Below, piece by piece: positions 39,269-49,077 of a stretch of DNA of 64,000 bases (position 1 is its first letter; every line of letters begins with the position of its first letter). Made by a program: the position numbers and the translations under genes. The notes under the pieces were generated by a model that was not told the origin of the DNA, searched no databases, and saw only the letters and a list, made by a program, of their open reading frames with translations. Source of the stretch: Candidatus Thalassarchaeaceae archaeon (GTDB lineage Archaea > Thermoplasmatota > Poseidoniia > Poseidoniales > Thalassarchaeaceae); NCBI GenBank assembly GCA_023268715.1, contig JALRLV010000003.1, forward strand, positions 84,636 to 148,635, given 5' to 3'.

Positions 39269-39344
39269 GGCTGTGGTAGTGTAGCGGTTAGCACGGTGGG
39301 TTGTGGTCCCGCCGGCCCGGGTTCAAGTCCCGGCCACGGCCCCA
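39269..39344 (+). tRNA. tRNA-His(GTG) with encoded G-1
   Basis: G+GCTGTGG/CCACGGC-C-CCA acceptor, GTGGG-TTGTGGT-CCCGC anticodon arm. Confidence 0.95.
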
Positions 39345-39378
39345 TAAATCATAATATGAGCAGATTTTGAAATTTGCA

Positions 39379-40017
39379 TTAAGACTCAAAATGGTCGTCC
39401 GAAATCGAATGCCCCATTCTTTTTACCTTCGTAGAAAGGTAATCTCGATTATCTTCGGTTACTCCTGCAATTAATGGCATTAGTTCGTGTACGTCTATAT
39501 CGTGATTTTGTAATTGAATAGCTTTGTCAGGATTATTGGTTAGCAGACAGACTCTTTCTACTCCCACTGCAGCCAATATCTTTGCAGCAATCCGATAATC
39601 CCTAGCATCTGCAGGGTGGCCTAGAAGTAAATTGGCGTCTAATGTATCAGCACCCTTATCTTGTAAATTATAGGCCTGAATTTTGGCGTGCAGGCCAATA
39701 CCCCTTCCTTCCTGTCTGAGGTATACCAAACACCCCCACCCAATTTCTTGTATACGTCTCAGAGCGGTGTCGAGTTGAGGGCCGCAGTCACAACGGAGAC
39801 TTCCAAATGCATCACCGGTTAGGCACTCTGAGTGTACTCGCACAAGGACGGGATTTGGCCCCTGCATGTCTCCGAGTGTTAGGGCTACATGATCTAGTCC
39901 TGTAGTGTCCTCTTGAAATACCCTAATTCGAAAATCCCCGTGCTCGGTCGGCAACCTTGCATCGGCAGGCACGTCCTGCAATTCTGTGAGGTCCACAGTC
40001 CCATTGGGTGCCGTCAT
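39379..40017 (-). CDS. ribA: GTP cyclohydrolase II
   Basis: LPT.HG.F, VRVHSECLTGD.FGS.RCDCG.QL, QEGRGIGL..K, D.RDY and LLTNNP.K motifs. Confidence 0.96.
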   Translation of the reverse strand: MTAPNGTVDLTELQDVPADARLPTEHGDFRIRVFQEDTTGLDHVALTLGDMQGPNPVLVRVHSECLTGDAFGSLRCDCGPQLDTALRRIQEIGWGCLVYLRQEGRGIGLHAKIQAYNLQDKGADTLDANLLLGHPADARDYRIAAKILAAVGVERVCLLTNNPDKAIQLQNHDIDVHELMPLIAGVTEDNRDYLSTKVKRMGHSISDDHFES

Positions 40018-40065
40018 TGATTTCACGACCTATTCTACTCTCAAGAACCCATCCGATTGGAAAAT

Positions 40066-40302
40066 TCATTTCTTAATCAGAAATCTATATTCTCCTGATT
40101 CTTCTTTAATGCTCAGAAGTTGGACTCCAATCCTAACGCATAGCGCCGGCATATCTTGGAGAGTTTCGGGATCGTCAGCGTGTACTTCGAGAAGTTCATC
40201 TTCTTGCATTTCATTGAGTGCCTTTCTTGTCTCGTGTACAGGTACTGGGCAAAAGAACCCCAATAAGTCAAGACGCCTATTTGGCGTCTCTGTTCGGTCC
40301 AT
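40066..40302 (-). CDS. tusA: TusA/SirA family sulfur carrier
   Basis: LD..G..CP.PV and L.V.ADDP....D motifs. Confidence 0.88.
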   Translation of the reverse strand: MDRTETPNRRLDLLGFFCPVPVHETRKALNEMQEDELLEVHADDPETLQDMPALCVRIGVQLLSIKEESGEYRFLIKK

Positions 40303-40311
40303 TCCAAGACC

Positions 40312-41736
40312 TCAAAATTCCACTATTGATGGATTCAACGCCACTCCATCAAATTCCCTTTTCTTGATGACATCAATTACATAGGACGCTTTCTCAACGT
40401 GTATTTGAACTGTTGAAGACGCATCACCCATCTGGATTTCACCCAATGCGATTTCGGGAATGCGTGCTTGGCCGACAATCCAATCTGCTAGCGCGCGCTT
40501 AGTTGCCTTCCCGCTACCTACCTCAAGTGCGACGCTGACCATACCGAAGGGGTCTGTGACATCGGACCAGTCCTCTCGCTTTCGTACAGGGTCCCTAGTC
40601 ATGCCATCCGGCAATTCAGGGGCTTCAACATATGGGATATCAAGATTCCAAGTATTTGCAATCTTATCAAGAGCAGCCATATCCTCCTTGGAAACAAGGG
40701 ACCATGCTTGCCCTGAACGTCCCATGCGACCAGTTCTACCTATGCGGTGGACATAGGATTCAGTGTCATCAGGAAGATCATAATTGACAACATAAGTAAT
40801 TCCGTCGACATCAATTCCACGTGCTGCTACATCGGTAGCGACAACAATTTTGGTTTTCCCTTCTTTGAGTGAATCGAGAATTTTCTCTCTTCGGTTCTGG
40901 GCTTTATCTCCATGCATCCCTGTTGCGCCCATCCCGAATTTACCCAGCCGGTCTTCTAGTAACTCAACCATACGTTTTGTATTGGTGAAAATTAGCATTT
41001 GGTCATCATCACCCATATTTGCGATTAGTCTTCCCAGTACCCATAGTTTGTTTGAGCGCCCAATTCTTACTGCAAATTGGTCGATTTCTGGGACCTCAAC
41101 TTCGAGATCATCACTCATCACGTAAACGGGCTCATTCATGAATTCCTCAGCAGCATCTAGTACTTCTTGTGGGAAAGTAGCGCTAAACAACAAGGTCTGC
41201 TGTCTTGCAGGCATTTGCTCAAAGATCCAAAGCACGTCTGGGAAGAATCCCATATCCAGCATTCTATCTGCTTCGTCTAGACAAAAATGAGAAATTTCTG
41301 ATAGATTTAGATGCCCTCGCTTGGACATATCAATAACGCGGCCGGGAGTTCCGACGATTATGTCGGAGCCAGATTGTAATTCTTTAGCCTGTTTTTCGAT
41401 GTCTGTTCCACCGTAAACGGTCTGAATCGACAATCCGCTTTCTCCTTGCAACCAAGTCAATTCCTCTGCGACCTGGACCGCTAATTCTCTTGTAGGACAT
41501 AGGATAATTGCTTGGGGTTGTCCTGAAGCACTAGTGGCTTCGATAATTGGAATTCCAAAAGCAGCAGTTTTACCACTGCCAGTTCGCGCTTGACCGACTA
41601 CATCTCGTCCTTGACGCGCAACCGGAATAGACTCAATTTGGATTTCAGTAGGATTTTTCCAACCTTTACTTGATATTGCATCTGCAATCATAGAATCAAG
41701 ATTCCAATCAGAAAATGCCTTTGCGGCAGGGCTCAT
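40312..41736 (-). CDS. DEAD-box RNA helicase with C-terminal DbpA-type RNA-binding domain
   Basis: Q motif, TGSGKT, PTRELA, DEAD, SAT, ARGID and HRIGRTGR. Confidence 0.95.
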   Translation of the reverse strand: MSPAAKAFSDWNLDSMIADAISSKGWKNPTEIQIESIPVARQGRDVVGQARTGSGKTAAFGIPIIEATSASGQPQAIILCPTRELAVQVAEELTWLQGESGLSIQTVYGGTDIEKQAKELQSGSDIIVGTPGRVIDMSKRGHLNLSEISHFCLDEADRMLDMGFFPDVLWIFEQMPARQQTLLFSATFPQEVLDAAEEFMNEPVYVMSDDLEVEVPEIDQFAVRIGRSNKLWVLGRLIANMGDDDQMLIFTNTKRMVELLEDRLGKFGMGATGMHGDKAQNRREKILDSLKEGKTKIVVATDVAARGIDVDGITYVVNYDLPDDTESYVHRIGRTGRMGRSGQAWSLVSKEDMAALDKIANTWNLDIPYVEAPELPDGMTRDPVRKREDWSDVTDPFGMVSVALEVGSGKATKRALADWIVGQARIPEIALGEIQMGDASSTVQIHVEKASYVIDVIKKREFDGVALNPSIVEF

Positions 41737-41745
41737 TTAATCGCC

Positions 41746-42030
41746 TCAGAAGGATTCGGATTCGCTAATCTCCTTCTGAAGTTCTCCCATCCAGTACTTA
41801 CGGCAGTTCTCCTTAGTGAGAAACTGATCCTTACTCGAGAAGCTGTGGTTGTAATGACCCTTATCAGCACTCGAGAATTGTTCCTTGCGCCTCTTGTGGT
41901 ACTTCTGAAGTACGTGTTGGCGCATGTACTGGCGGAACTTTAGGGACTTGGTACGATTAATCCCCTTCGGCGTCACGCCGTCCCAGAGTCGCTCGAATTG
42001 TTCGAGTTTCTCGTCAAAAGTCTCGCTCAT
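41746..42030 (-). CDS. small hypothetical protein
   Basis: ORF from ATG 42030 with GAGGA SD, overlapping the upstream HEAT gene; operon position. Confidence 0.7.
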   Translation of the reverse strand: MSETFDEKLEQFERLWDGVTPKGINRTKSLKFRQYMRQHVLQKYHKRRKEQFSSADKGHYNHSFSSKDQFLTKENCRKYWMGELQKEISESESF

Positions 42031-43318
42031 CTTGTTTCCTCGCGGCTCGCCGACCTGACTCTTCTTTATGACCTTCACGGATGGACTCTACCTCACCACT
42101 ACGTGGTGGGGCGGCATTATCTGTTGGTCCAACACCTTCTTTCTGTACTAAATCTTCAGTAATCGGCTTTATTCCGTCAATTTCAGGTAATTGCATCTCT
42201 GAGAACTCCTCCTGAACTTTATCGAGAGGCGCGAGTGATCGATTTTTCTCCTCTTCCGTACCTTCCCAATCTACATCTCGGGAGAGTCTTTCAAGTCTAG
42301 TTCTGAGTTCAGGTTTGGTTTCTTGACGAAGTAATTCTGCAGCCACCTCTCTCAATTTTTCCCCTGTTAATATAATTGACAGTTGATCGATACAGGCTTT
42401 GCGAAGAGCAGGATCTCTGTCTCTAGCTCCATCTTGTATCAATTGTGCCACCCTCGGATTCTGCATATCGAGAGTTTTCAGAGTTCTGATGATATTCTTC
42501 CTTACTCCAGAATCGTCGTCAAACATCGAAGCCTCAACTAATATCGCGGCAACTCGAGATTCTACATTTGCGAGTGTGGGAAGGCAAGCTGAAGCGGAAC
42601 GCCGAACCTGTGCATCCTCATCCTGTAAAGACCAAGAGATGAGGTCCCAGCCTGTAGCTCCACCTTTTGAGGTAATTGTCCGAAGAATTTTGGCACCCCT
42701 GCGACGCAAATCTACATCTTCCTCACGAATCAACTCATCTAGGTGTAAACAACCTGTTTCCACCCAGTTTTGAGAGGTATCGTGCAGGGTCGCAAAAGCA
42801 TCGTTTCTATGTTGTTTATTCTCATGTCTTAATTCGCGTCTTAGTATTTCTTCGCAACCTGAGGGGAAAACTGGTGCTAGCTTTCTAAGACATTCTCTCG
42901 CGGCCTTTCTAACATGCTCATTTTCTTCTAGTAATCTATCTGAAAGATACATGAATAAGTCATCGTGTTTTTTAATCGCAAATGAAGGCATGGCTTTCAG
43001 TCCTGCAACGCGGATAACTCCTTCATCATCATCCAATGCCTCACACAATGCAGCATGTGCATCAACTACCATAGCGGGAAGAACACGATGTAGTGCTAGA
43101 ATACCATCTATACGCCTAGCTAATCCTCCTCCTTCGGAAAGTGGTATTTCTACCATCTGTACTTGACCAGATGCCAGTGGAACAATGTCCCTTCGAGGAA
43201 TACGTTCCCATACACCAGAAGGAGGTAACATCGAACGGATATCTACTTGCTTTACAGCACGTCTTTGATTAATTGGACGCCCAGTTTTGGGGTCCCGAGC
43301 GATGTAGTCACGTGCCAT
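42014..43318 (-). CDS. HEAT-repeat (alpha-solenoid) protein
   Basis: About 7 repeats of L.D.D..VR..A...L. Confidence 0.85.
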   Translation of the reverse strand: MARDYIARDPKTGRPINQRRAVKQVDIRSMLPPSGVWERIPRRDIVPLASGQVQMVEIPLSEGGGLARRIDGILALHRVLPAMVVDAHAALCEALDDDEGVIRVAGLKAMPSFAIKKHDDLFMYLSDRLLEENEHVRKAARECLRKLAPVFPSGCEEILRRELRHENKQHRNDAFATLHDTSQNWVETGCLHLDELIREEDVDLRRRGAKILRTITSKGGATGWDLISWSLQDEDAQVRRSASACLPTLANVESRVAAILVEASMFDDDSGVRKNIIRTLKTLDMQNPRVAQLIQDGARDRDPALRKACIDQLSIILTGEKLREVAAELLRQETKPELRTRLERLSRDVDWEGTEEEKNRSLAPLDKVQEEFSEMQLPEIDGIKPITEDLVQKEGVGPTDNAAPPRSGEVESIREGHKEESGRRAARKQDERDF

Positions 43319-43437
43319 TTCGGGGGGGCGCGAGTGCACGGTGCTTATTCAACCGAATGATTACTAGTTCTCAATACCGGCAAATTCCAATCGCGCAAGC
43401 CTCAAGCGAGACAACTGCCGCAGCGTGAAAGAAGAGC

Positions 43438-44097
43438 ATGAGTGAGCAGACCGATATATCTCGCATACTCTTCACGATTTTTGATGGATTAGAACTTCAA
43501 GAAATTAACAAGGCGGATGTAGTGCGTCTATGGTCCCTAGAAATGCAATGGTTTTCTCCTGAAGAATCCCAAAGTGTAGTAGAGGCACTTACAAACTCTG
43601 GTTGGATTTCTATGGACGGAGAGATATTGCACCTAGTTGAGGGAGTCGAATTAGAAATTCCCAGTCTAGGCTGGAGACCGATGACTCGAAGGATGTTATC
43701 ACCTCCTACTTACAAACCATCGGCCAAAGAAGAAACTATGGAATCAACTTCGGATTTTTCTCAACCTAGGGTTAGTGTAAGAGAGGAGGTAAAAAGTGAA
43801 TCAAAAAATGGAGATCATTTCTCTCGCCCAAAGGTCAGTAGGTCAAGTCAAAATCCTCTCTCAGAATCTCCTAATGCATCGATGCCAATTGATCGTGCAG
43901 AGGGTAGCATCCCTACTCTAATCGAATTAATAGCTTCACAATCTGGATTGGCAAATAACGAGGTAGTCAGGCGCGCTCAACGAAAACGAAGAGCATTAGG
44001 TTGCGTTACTCTCTGGATGGCTCTAGCACTTGTTGCAAGAGAACAAGGTTTGGATATGCAAAGGGTGTCCTCAGCCATTGACAAAGCCGCAGAGTGA
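43438..44097 (+). CDS. DUF2240-like archaeal protein
   Basis: SL...WFSP.E...V......G N-terminus; C-terminal helical domain with ALAL.AR..G. Confidence 0.7.
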   Translation: MSEQTDISRILFTIFDGLELQEINKADVVRLWSLEMQWFSPEESQSVVEALTNSGWISMDGEILHLVEGVELEIPSLGWRPMTRRMLSPPTYKPSAKEETMESTSDFSQPRVSVREEVKSESKNGDHFSRPKVSRSSQNPLSESPNASMPIDRAEGSIPTLIELIASQSGLANNEVVRRAQRKRRALGCVTLWMALALVAREQGLDMQRVSSAIDKAAE

Positions 44098-44104
44098 ATT
44101 ATCC

Positions 44105-46669
44105 TCAATCTTCATTTGACCTTCGAACTTCTGCTGCCAGAAGTCCGGGGAGGACAATCAATGCCAGGATTAATGAGAAGGCTACAGAAATCGAACTCAC
44201 TAGCCCAAAGTCCTTGATCACAGGTACCGGAGATAGAATTAGCACCATGAACCCACAAATAGTGGTGCCTGCTGACATAATCAAGGCAGAACCCGTTGTA
44301 GCATACATGTCCCTCATCGATGCCCAAGTCCCCATTCCAGATTCTCTATTAGCCTCAAATTTTCTCCAAACATGTATGGAATAATCAATACCCAGACCGA
44401 TTGTTAGAGCGGTAATCATCACTGTCAATACATTCCAATTGATGCCTAAAACAGCCATCGCTCCAACCACCCAAGTCCCGGCTATTCCAACAGGTAGAAT
44501 TACCACCATCGAAGGCCCAAACCTTCGTGTAAGGGCCACTAATACGAATAGGGAAACTGCCAGGCTGAAAGCAGTTGACTGAACTTGAGAAATAACTAGA
44601 CCGGACAAGACATTATGGACAAGAATCAGGTCTCCACTCAGATGAACTCTAAATCCTGTAGCATCTTCTAAACTAATTTCAAATTCCTTGAATTGATTAG
44701 CCAATCCAGAAGATTCCTCGCTATTTCCAGCCGTAACATCGACTCGCATCCTGAGGTACCTAAGGGCGTTACCATCATCGGTTAATGCCACATAATTTGC
44801 AGTTCTTTCTCCCCATGTTTGGCCACGAATTGGTTCGCCAATTGTTTCGTTGGCTAGTAGGTAACCTACGGCTGAGGCCAAATCTCCTTCAGAAAATTCT
44901 CCAGTAACATCAACAGCACCGTCGAAGACACCTAAGTTATACATCTCTCCAAAGTTTTCATCGTTCTCTATTGCATCTCTTATAATCGGGTAGAGCCCAT
45001 CATAGGAGGGTCTAGATGTGCCCTCTGGGGTTACAACATTTGTCGTCCATACCAAATCCTCATCGAGTCGATTTAATTCCTTTAGCAGGTCTCTTTCTCC
45101 AGTAAGTGCCTCCATTCCAGAGGACGGCTCAATCAGTATGTCAACAGATTTCAAAGCCTCCACTTCATATGAATCATACATCGAGTTTCTAACTTCAATT
45201 ACTTCCATTTCCTCGCCTAAGAAGTCGGTCAACTCGAATTTGGTGTCTAACTGTCCGACAGAAACAACAACTGAGGAAAGGGTGAGTCCAACTACTGTTA
45301 GTAGTATTAGAGCCGTGTGCCTTCTCTGAATCTCAGTAGCAATCGTAGTAAATCCGGGTAATTCCATTGACCTGCGGGCACTGAATCGGTTGGTTTTCTC
45401 AACCAGTACGAGTAAGGCGCCGACAGTGACTGTGCTGGCTACAAAGGCAGATACAACACCCAAGGCTAATGTCAATCCAAAAGATTTCAAGGGTGGTAAA
45501 GGCGATAGGAAATTAGCAAGGAAAGCAAATGCGGTCGTTATCACAGATAGGGTGAGTGCTAGTCTAAGAATAGAAAACGATCTGACCCATGCCTGCGCGG
45601 GGCTAATGGAGGTCTCTCGTGCCTTCTCATAGGCGCGTTGCAAATGAATTGAATAATCGATACCTAAGCCCAATACGACAGGAGCAACTGCAACTTCTAG
45701 AATTGAAAATTCGGATCCCGCTAGTGCTCTAATACCGTATGTCCATACCAAAGCAGCCGTTAATCCAAGCAATGGAGCGGCCACCATCATTATCGATCTG
45801 AAAGCAAGTGCTAGGACTAGGACAACCACTAGGATAGAAAGGATAAGTAGCCAGAGCAGATTATCCAATGTAGATTCGTTGATATCATTGGTTACTAAGT
45901 CGTCTGAAACTACTCCATAATCCAACGCAGAGCCTTCTGCTTGAGACCTCTTTTCCAACAATTCCCGTAATTGAATCGCTTTTTGCAGCCTATCATCTGC
46001 ACCCAGGTCTCCTTCTATTTCGATAACCCACATTGTACTGGATGCTGTTGGCGTTGGATTACCTTCACCTCCATTTGCTAACCAATCACAAATTGGTTCG
46101 TAATCAAAATCGGAGTGGAGCATAACTGATCTGGCAAAAGAAGCCGTGGCAATCGCTCTCTCTTCTCCAATTGCATCTGTACATTCCTCATCCACAACGA
46201 TCGCTTCAAGCAACTCTTCCCAATTATTGAAGTCGGATAGATTCCGACTTTCCTCATCTCTTTCTTCAAGAGCCACTTGAATAATTTGAGCCGCATTTAT
46301 GTGAGAGGTGATAAAATCTCCATTTGATGCGGATAGAGAGTTTATTGCTTGAAAATCAGAGCGAAGTTGCTGAAGGGCCCCCATTTCTAATACATTTGCT
46401 CCTTCTTGTGTTGGTTCGATATGGACATAAATACGGTGTGGAGAGGGCGGCATCACCTCTTCCATTCTGTCAATTGCTGCATCAGCATCTGAATCTGGAG
46501 CGAATGCAGCAAGGTCTGTTTGAAATTCGGGCATTGGGCTTAAAGCAAGTCCCGTGACAATGGTTAGCAGTATGCTGATTACAACTATTGCAGGAGCCGA
46601 TTTTTCAAAGGTCTGGGCAACCCGAATCTCTAGTCCGGGCCGTGCAACCATTGGCATCCCCATCACCAA
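44105..46669 (-). CDS. RND/MMPL family transporter
   Basis: Two halves each carrying GLGIDYSIH; about 12 TM with two large loops. Confidence 0.92.
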   Translation of the reverse strand: MVMGMPMVARPGLEIRVAQTFEKSAPAIVVISILLTIVTGLALSPMPEFQTDLAAFAPDSDADAAIDRMEEVMPPSPHRIYVHIEPTQEGANVLEMGALQQLRSDFQAINSLSASNGDFITSHINAAQIIQVALEERDEESRNLSDFNNWEELLEAIVVDEECTDAIGEERAIATASFARSVMLHSDFDYEPICDWLANGGEGNPTPTASSTMWVIEIEGDLGADDRLQKAIQLRELLEKRSQAEGSALDYGVVSDDLVTNDINESTLDNLLWLLILSILVVVLVLALAFRSIMMVAAPLLGLTAALVWTYGIRALAGSEFSILEVAVAPVVLGLGIDYSIHLQRAYEKARETSISPAQAWVRSFSILRLALTLSVITTAFAFLANFLSPLPPLKSFGLTLALGVVSAFVASTVTVGALLVLVEKTNRFSARRSMELPGFTTIATEIQRRHTALILLTVVGLTLSSVVVSVGQLDTKFELTDFLGEEMEVIEVRNSMYDSYEVEALKSVDILIEPSSGMEALTGERDLLKELNRLDEDLVWTTNVVTPEGTSRPSYDGLYPIIRDAIENDENFGEMYNLGVFDGAVDVTGEFSEGDLASAVGYLLANETIGEPIRGQTWGERTANYVALTDDGNALRYLRMRVDVTAGNSEESSGLANQFKEFEISLEDATGFRVHLSGDLILVHNVLSGLVISQVQSTAFSLAVSLFVLVALTRRFGPSMVVILPVGIAGTWVVGAMAVLGINWNVLTVMITALTIGLGIDYSIHVWRKFEANRESGMGTWASMRDMYATTGSALIMSAGTTICGFMVLILSPVPVIKDFGLVSSISVAFSLILALIVLPGLLAAEVRRSNED

Positions 46670-46760
46670 TGGCTAAATAATTCAAGCAGTAAATTGGACC
46701 CTTAGGGTCCAGCAATCTGATGAAAGGCCTCAAAAGGGAAAGTCCGGTGGCGCGGTCGTC

Positions 46761-47018
46761 ATGCCAGTGAAGGTACTCAAGAATGAAGGGTCTGAAATCC
46801 GATTACGTCTGATTGGCGAAGACCATTCCACACTGCAATTGTTTAGGTCTCGCCTGAACGCTAATGACAAGGTCGAGTATGCGAATTTCTTCACCGGGCA
46901 CCCTGACCTTGACGAACCAGAACTCTATGTTAGAGTCAAGAAAGGAGCCAAGGCGGACAAGATTGTGAAGGATCTATGTTCCGACGTAGCGAAGGAATTT
47001 GCCGACCTCAGCTTCTGA
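46761..47018 (+). CDS. rpoL: DNA-directed RNA polymerase subunit L (Rpo11)
   Basis: GEDHS.L..L and A.....HP....P.L.V motifs. Confidence 0.88.
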   Translation: MPVKVLKNEGSEIRLRLIGEDHSTLQLFRSRLNANDKVEYANFFTGHPDLDEPELYVRVKKGAKADKIVKDLCSDVAKEFADLSF

Positions 47019-47031
47019 GGACGGTGGAATT

Positions 47032-48453
47032 TTGGCTAAAGCCACATTTGATTTAGGCAACACTGAGGATATTGAGAGGTATCTAGGTCTGGACCGTTGG
47101 GCGCACAAAGGCCCAGGTATCGGTGGGCTACTGAAGGTACGAATTGAGGACTTCAGGGTAGAGGAAGTATCTCGCACTCCTGCCTTAGACAAAAAGGGCC
47201 GATTTACAGTTGTAAGGGCGACCCTCCACAACTGGGAAACCAATCGTTACTTGCGAAGATTGGCCGGAGCATGTGGAATAAGTCGAAAGAGAATTTTCTC
47301 CTCAGGACTCAAAGATAAAAGGGCTGTAACAACCCAATTATTGGTTATCGACGCACCAAGGCATAAGGTGGAATCAGTCGAAATCCCAGATACGGAATTG
47401 GAAATCTTAGGCCGCACTCACCAGAAGGTGGGAATGAGTGATCACGACGGTAATCGTTTCACGATTACAGTGCGTGGATGTTGTGATGCTGACGGTTCTC
47501 CTCTCGATGCCAAAGAAGCGATGAGAAGAGTCTTGGAGATTAGACAGGGTATGGCTCAAAGGCTTGGTGATGATGCCTTTCCAAATTGGATAGGACCCCA
47601 AAGGTTCGGAGCAACAAGGCCTGTCACACCTAAGGTCGGTCGAGCGGTCGTGGAGGGTGATTATGAGAGGGCAGTAGACCTTTATCTCGGTATGCCCGGT
47701 ACAAGTATGACAGACGAGGTTAGCGCTTTTCGCAAAATGTGGTTGGATAGCAAGGACCCGGCAGCTTGTTTAGAACTGGCTCCCGATCACTTAGGTTATG
47801 AAAAGAGCATTCTAGAAACATTGGTTAAAAATCCTGAAAATTATCTCAAGGGGTTCAGAGCATTACCGTCTTCGCTACAATTGCTAACTATACATTCTCT
47901 ACAATCTCTCGCTTTCAATCACTCTTTGGCAGGACGATTAGAAGCGGGCTTGGACCTTCTCGAACCTGAGTTAGGTGATTTGGTTGCGCCCATACAGGCC
48001 AGTGGTAGAGTCGATGTCTCGAAGATGGCCTTGGTAACTGAAACTAATCTAGATAGGTGCAAAAGAAATTGTAAACTCGGCCGACTAGCAGTTACAGGAC
48101 CTCTGCCAGGACAAGATGCAAGTTTAGCAGGGGGGTTGCCAGGGGAAATTGAGGTCAAGGCACTTCAAAATACTGAATTGGAGAATCTCGACTGGCGAGT
48201 CAAAAAAATCCCAAACCTTTCAACCAATGGTACAAGGCGTCCTTTGAGTGTGGTATTTCGTGATTTCAACGTAGAAGAGGCAACATTGCTCTCCGAGGAT
48301 TCTTTTTCCGAACGTTGGGACAAAGGCCCAGATGAGGCAGACAGGTGGCATCCCGAAGGAGCAAATTTGCGAATTAGATTTACCCTTCCACCTGGCACTT
48401 ACGCAACTGTATTGATGCGTGAATTTATGCGGTCGCCATTAGACCACTATTAG
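47032..48453 (+). CDS. truD: tRNA pseudouridine(13) synthase TruD
   Basis: EDF.V.E, GLKDKRAVT.Q, GN.F.I, PN..G.QRFG and F.LP.G.YAT..REF motifs. Confidence 0.95.
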   Translation: MAKATFDLGNTEDIERYLGLDRWAHKGPGIGGLLKVRIEDFRVEEVSRTPALDKKGRFTVVRATLHNWETNRYLRRLAGACGISRKRIFSSGLKDKRAVTTQLLVIDAPRHKVESVEIPDTELEILGRTHQKVGMSDHDGNRFTITVRGCCDADGSPLDAKEAMRRVLEIRQGMAQRLGDDAFPNWIGPQRFGATRPVTPKVGRAVVEGDYERAVDLYLGMPGTSMTDEVSAFRKMWLDSKDPAACLELAPDHLGYEKSILETLVKNPENYLKGFRALPSSLQLLTIHSLQSLAFNHSLAGRLEAGLDLLEPELGDLVAPIQASGRVDVSKMALVTETNLDRCKRNCKLGRLAVTGPLPGQDASLAGGLPGEIEVKALQNTELENLDWRVKKIPNLSTNGTRRPLSVVFRDFNVEEATLLSEDSFSERWDKGPDEADRWHPEGANLRIRFTLPPGTYATVLMREFMRSPLDHY

Positions 48454-48473
48454 ACGTGATATGGGGCTCTATA

Positions 48474-48740
48474 TCAGAGTCGACCCATTTCTAGAGCTTC
48501 GATTTGTCCGACATTTTGGTCGATTTCTTTAACTCTTGATTCGAATCCGTCGACAATACCTTCTCCTTCTCCGAGAACGGCTTGAACTTCAATGAACATC
48601 ATGCCAAATGCTAGGGGTTTAATCTCACATGCTTGGACTTCTTCCATTGATGAAATGGTATTGGCAATACCCTCGTAGTCAGGACTTCCATCTTCTGGCT
48701 GGTCAATTGTGACCTTGTACTTTACAACAACATGACCCAT
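48474..48740 (-). CDS. ef1b: elongation factor 1-beta
   Basis: MG.V.V.Y...P and P.AFG...I.V motifs; GGTGA SD. Confidence 0.88.
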   Translation of the reverse strand: MGHVVVKYKVTIDQPEDGSPDYEGIANTISSMEEVQACEIKPLAFGMMFIEVQAVLGEGEGIVDGFESRVKEIDQNVGQIEALEMGRL

Positions 48741-48761
48741 GTAGATTCACCTAGTGAGGTA

Positions 48762-48929
48762 TCAGGGACCCTCAAAACCGCAATTTGGGCAAACATAGGT
48801 TACTGCCTGAACCCGACATCTCTCGCTACGTCCTATGGATTCTCCACACTCAGGGCATGGGAATGCAGTGCTATTGTTCTCCACCAATGGAAGACCGGAA
48901 GAGGTGCAGATGTCTGTTCTTGCTGCCAT
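48762..48929 (-). CDS. 55-aa Zn-finger protein (HVO_2753/DUF1610 family), absent from the ORF track
   Basis: Hand translation MAARTDICTSSGLPLVENNSTAFPCPECGESIGRSERCRVQAVTYVCPNCGFEGP; conserved position upstream of EF-1beta. Confidence 0.9.
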   Translation of the reverse strand: MAARTDICTSSGLPLVENNSTAFPCPECGESIGRSERCRVQAVTYVCPNCGFEGP

Positions 48930-49077
48930 TACGTTGTCCCTCAGCGAGGCGGGCGAGCCACCCCTCCCTTTTAGCGTTGACCGACGCCAAGATGGTAGTT
49001 ACATCTCCTCAGTATTCTCATTTCGAACTTGGAATGGGTTGAAATCAGCAAGCCTTTACGGAATCTCAGGAATAGCA

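Noticed and set aside
46695-46746. Hammerhead-ribozyme-like CTGATGA...GAAA with GGAC/GTCC pairing upstream of rpoL
   Set aside because: Stem II does not start directly after CTGATGA, and the required U-H cleavage site after GGAC is absent (CC instead).
48732-49077. Plus-strand ORFs and the N-terminal extension of the cupin ORF
   Set aside because: The region is occupied by the minus-strand Zn-finger gene and promoters; the cupin most likely starts at 49078.
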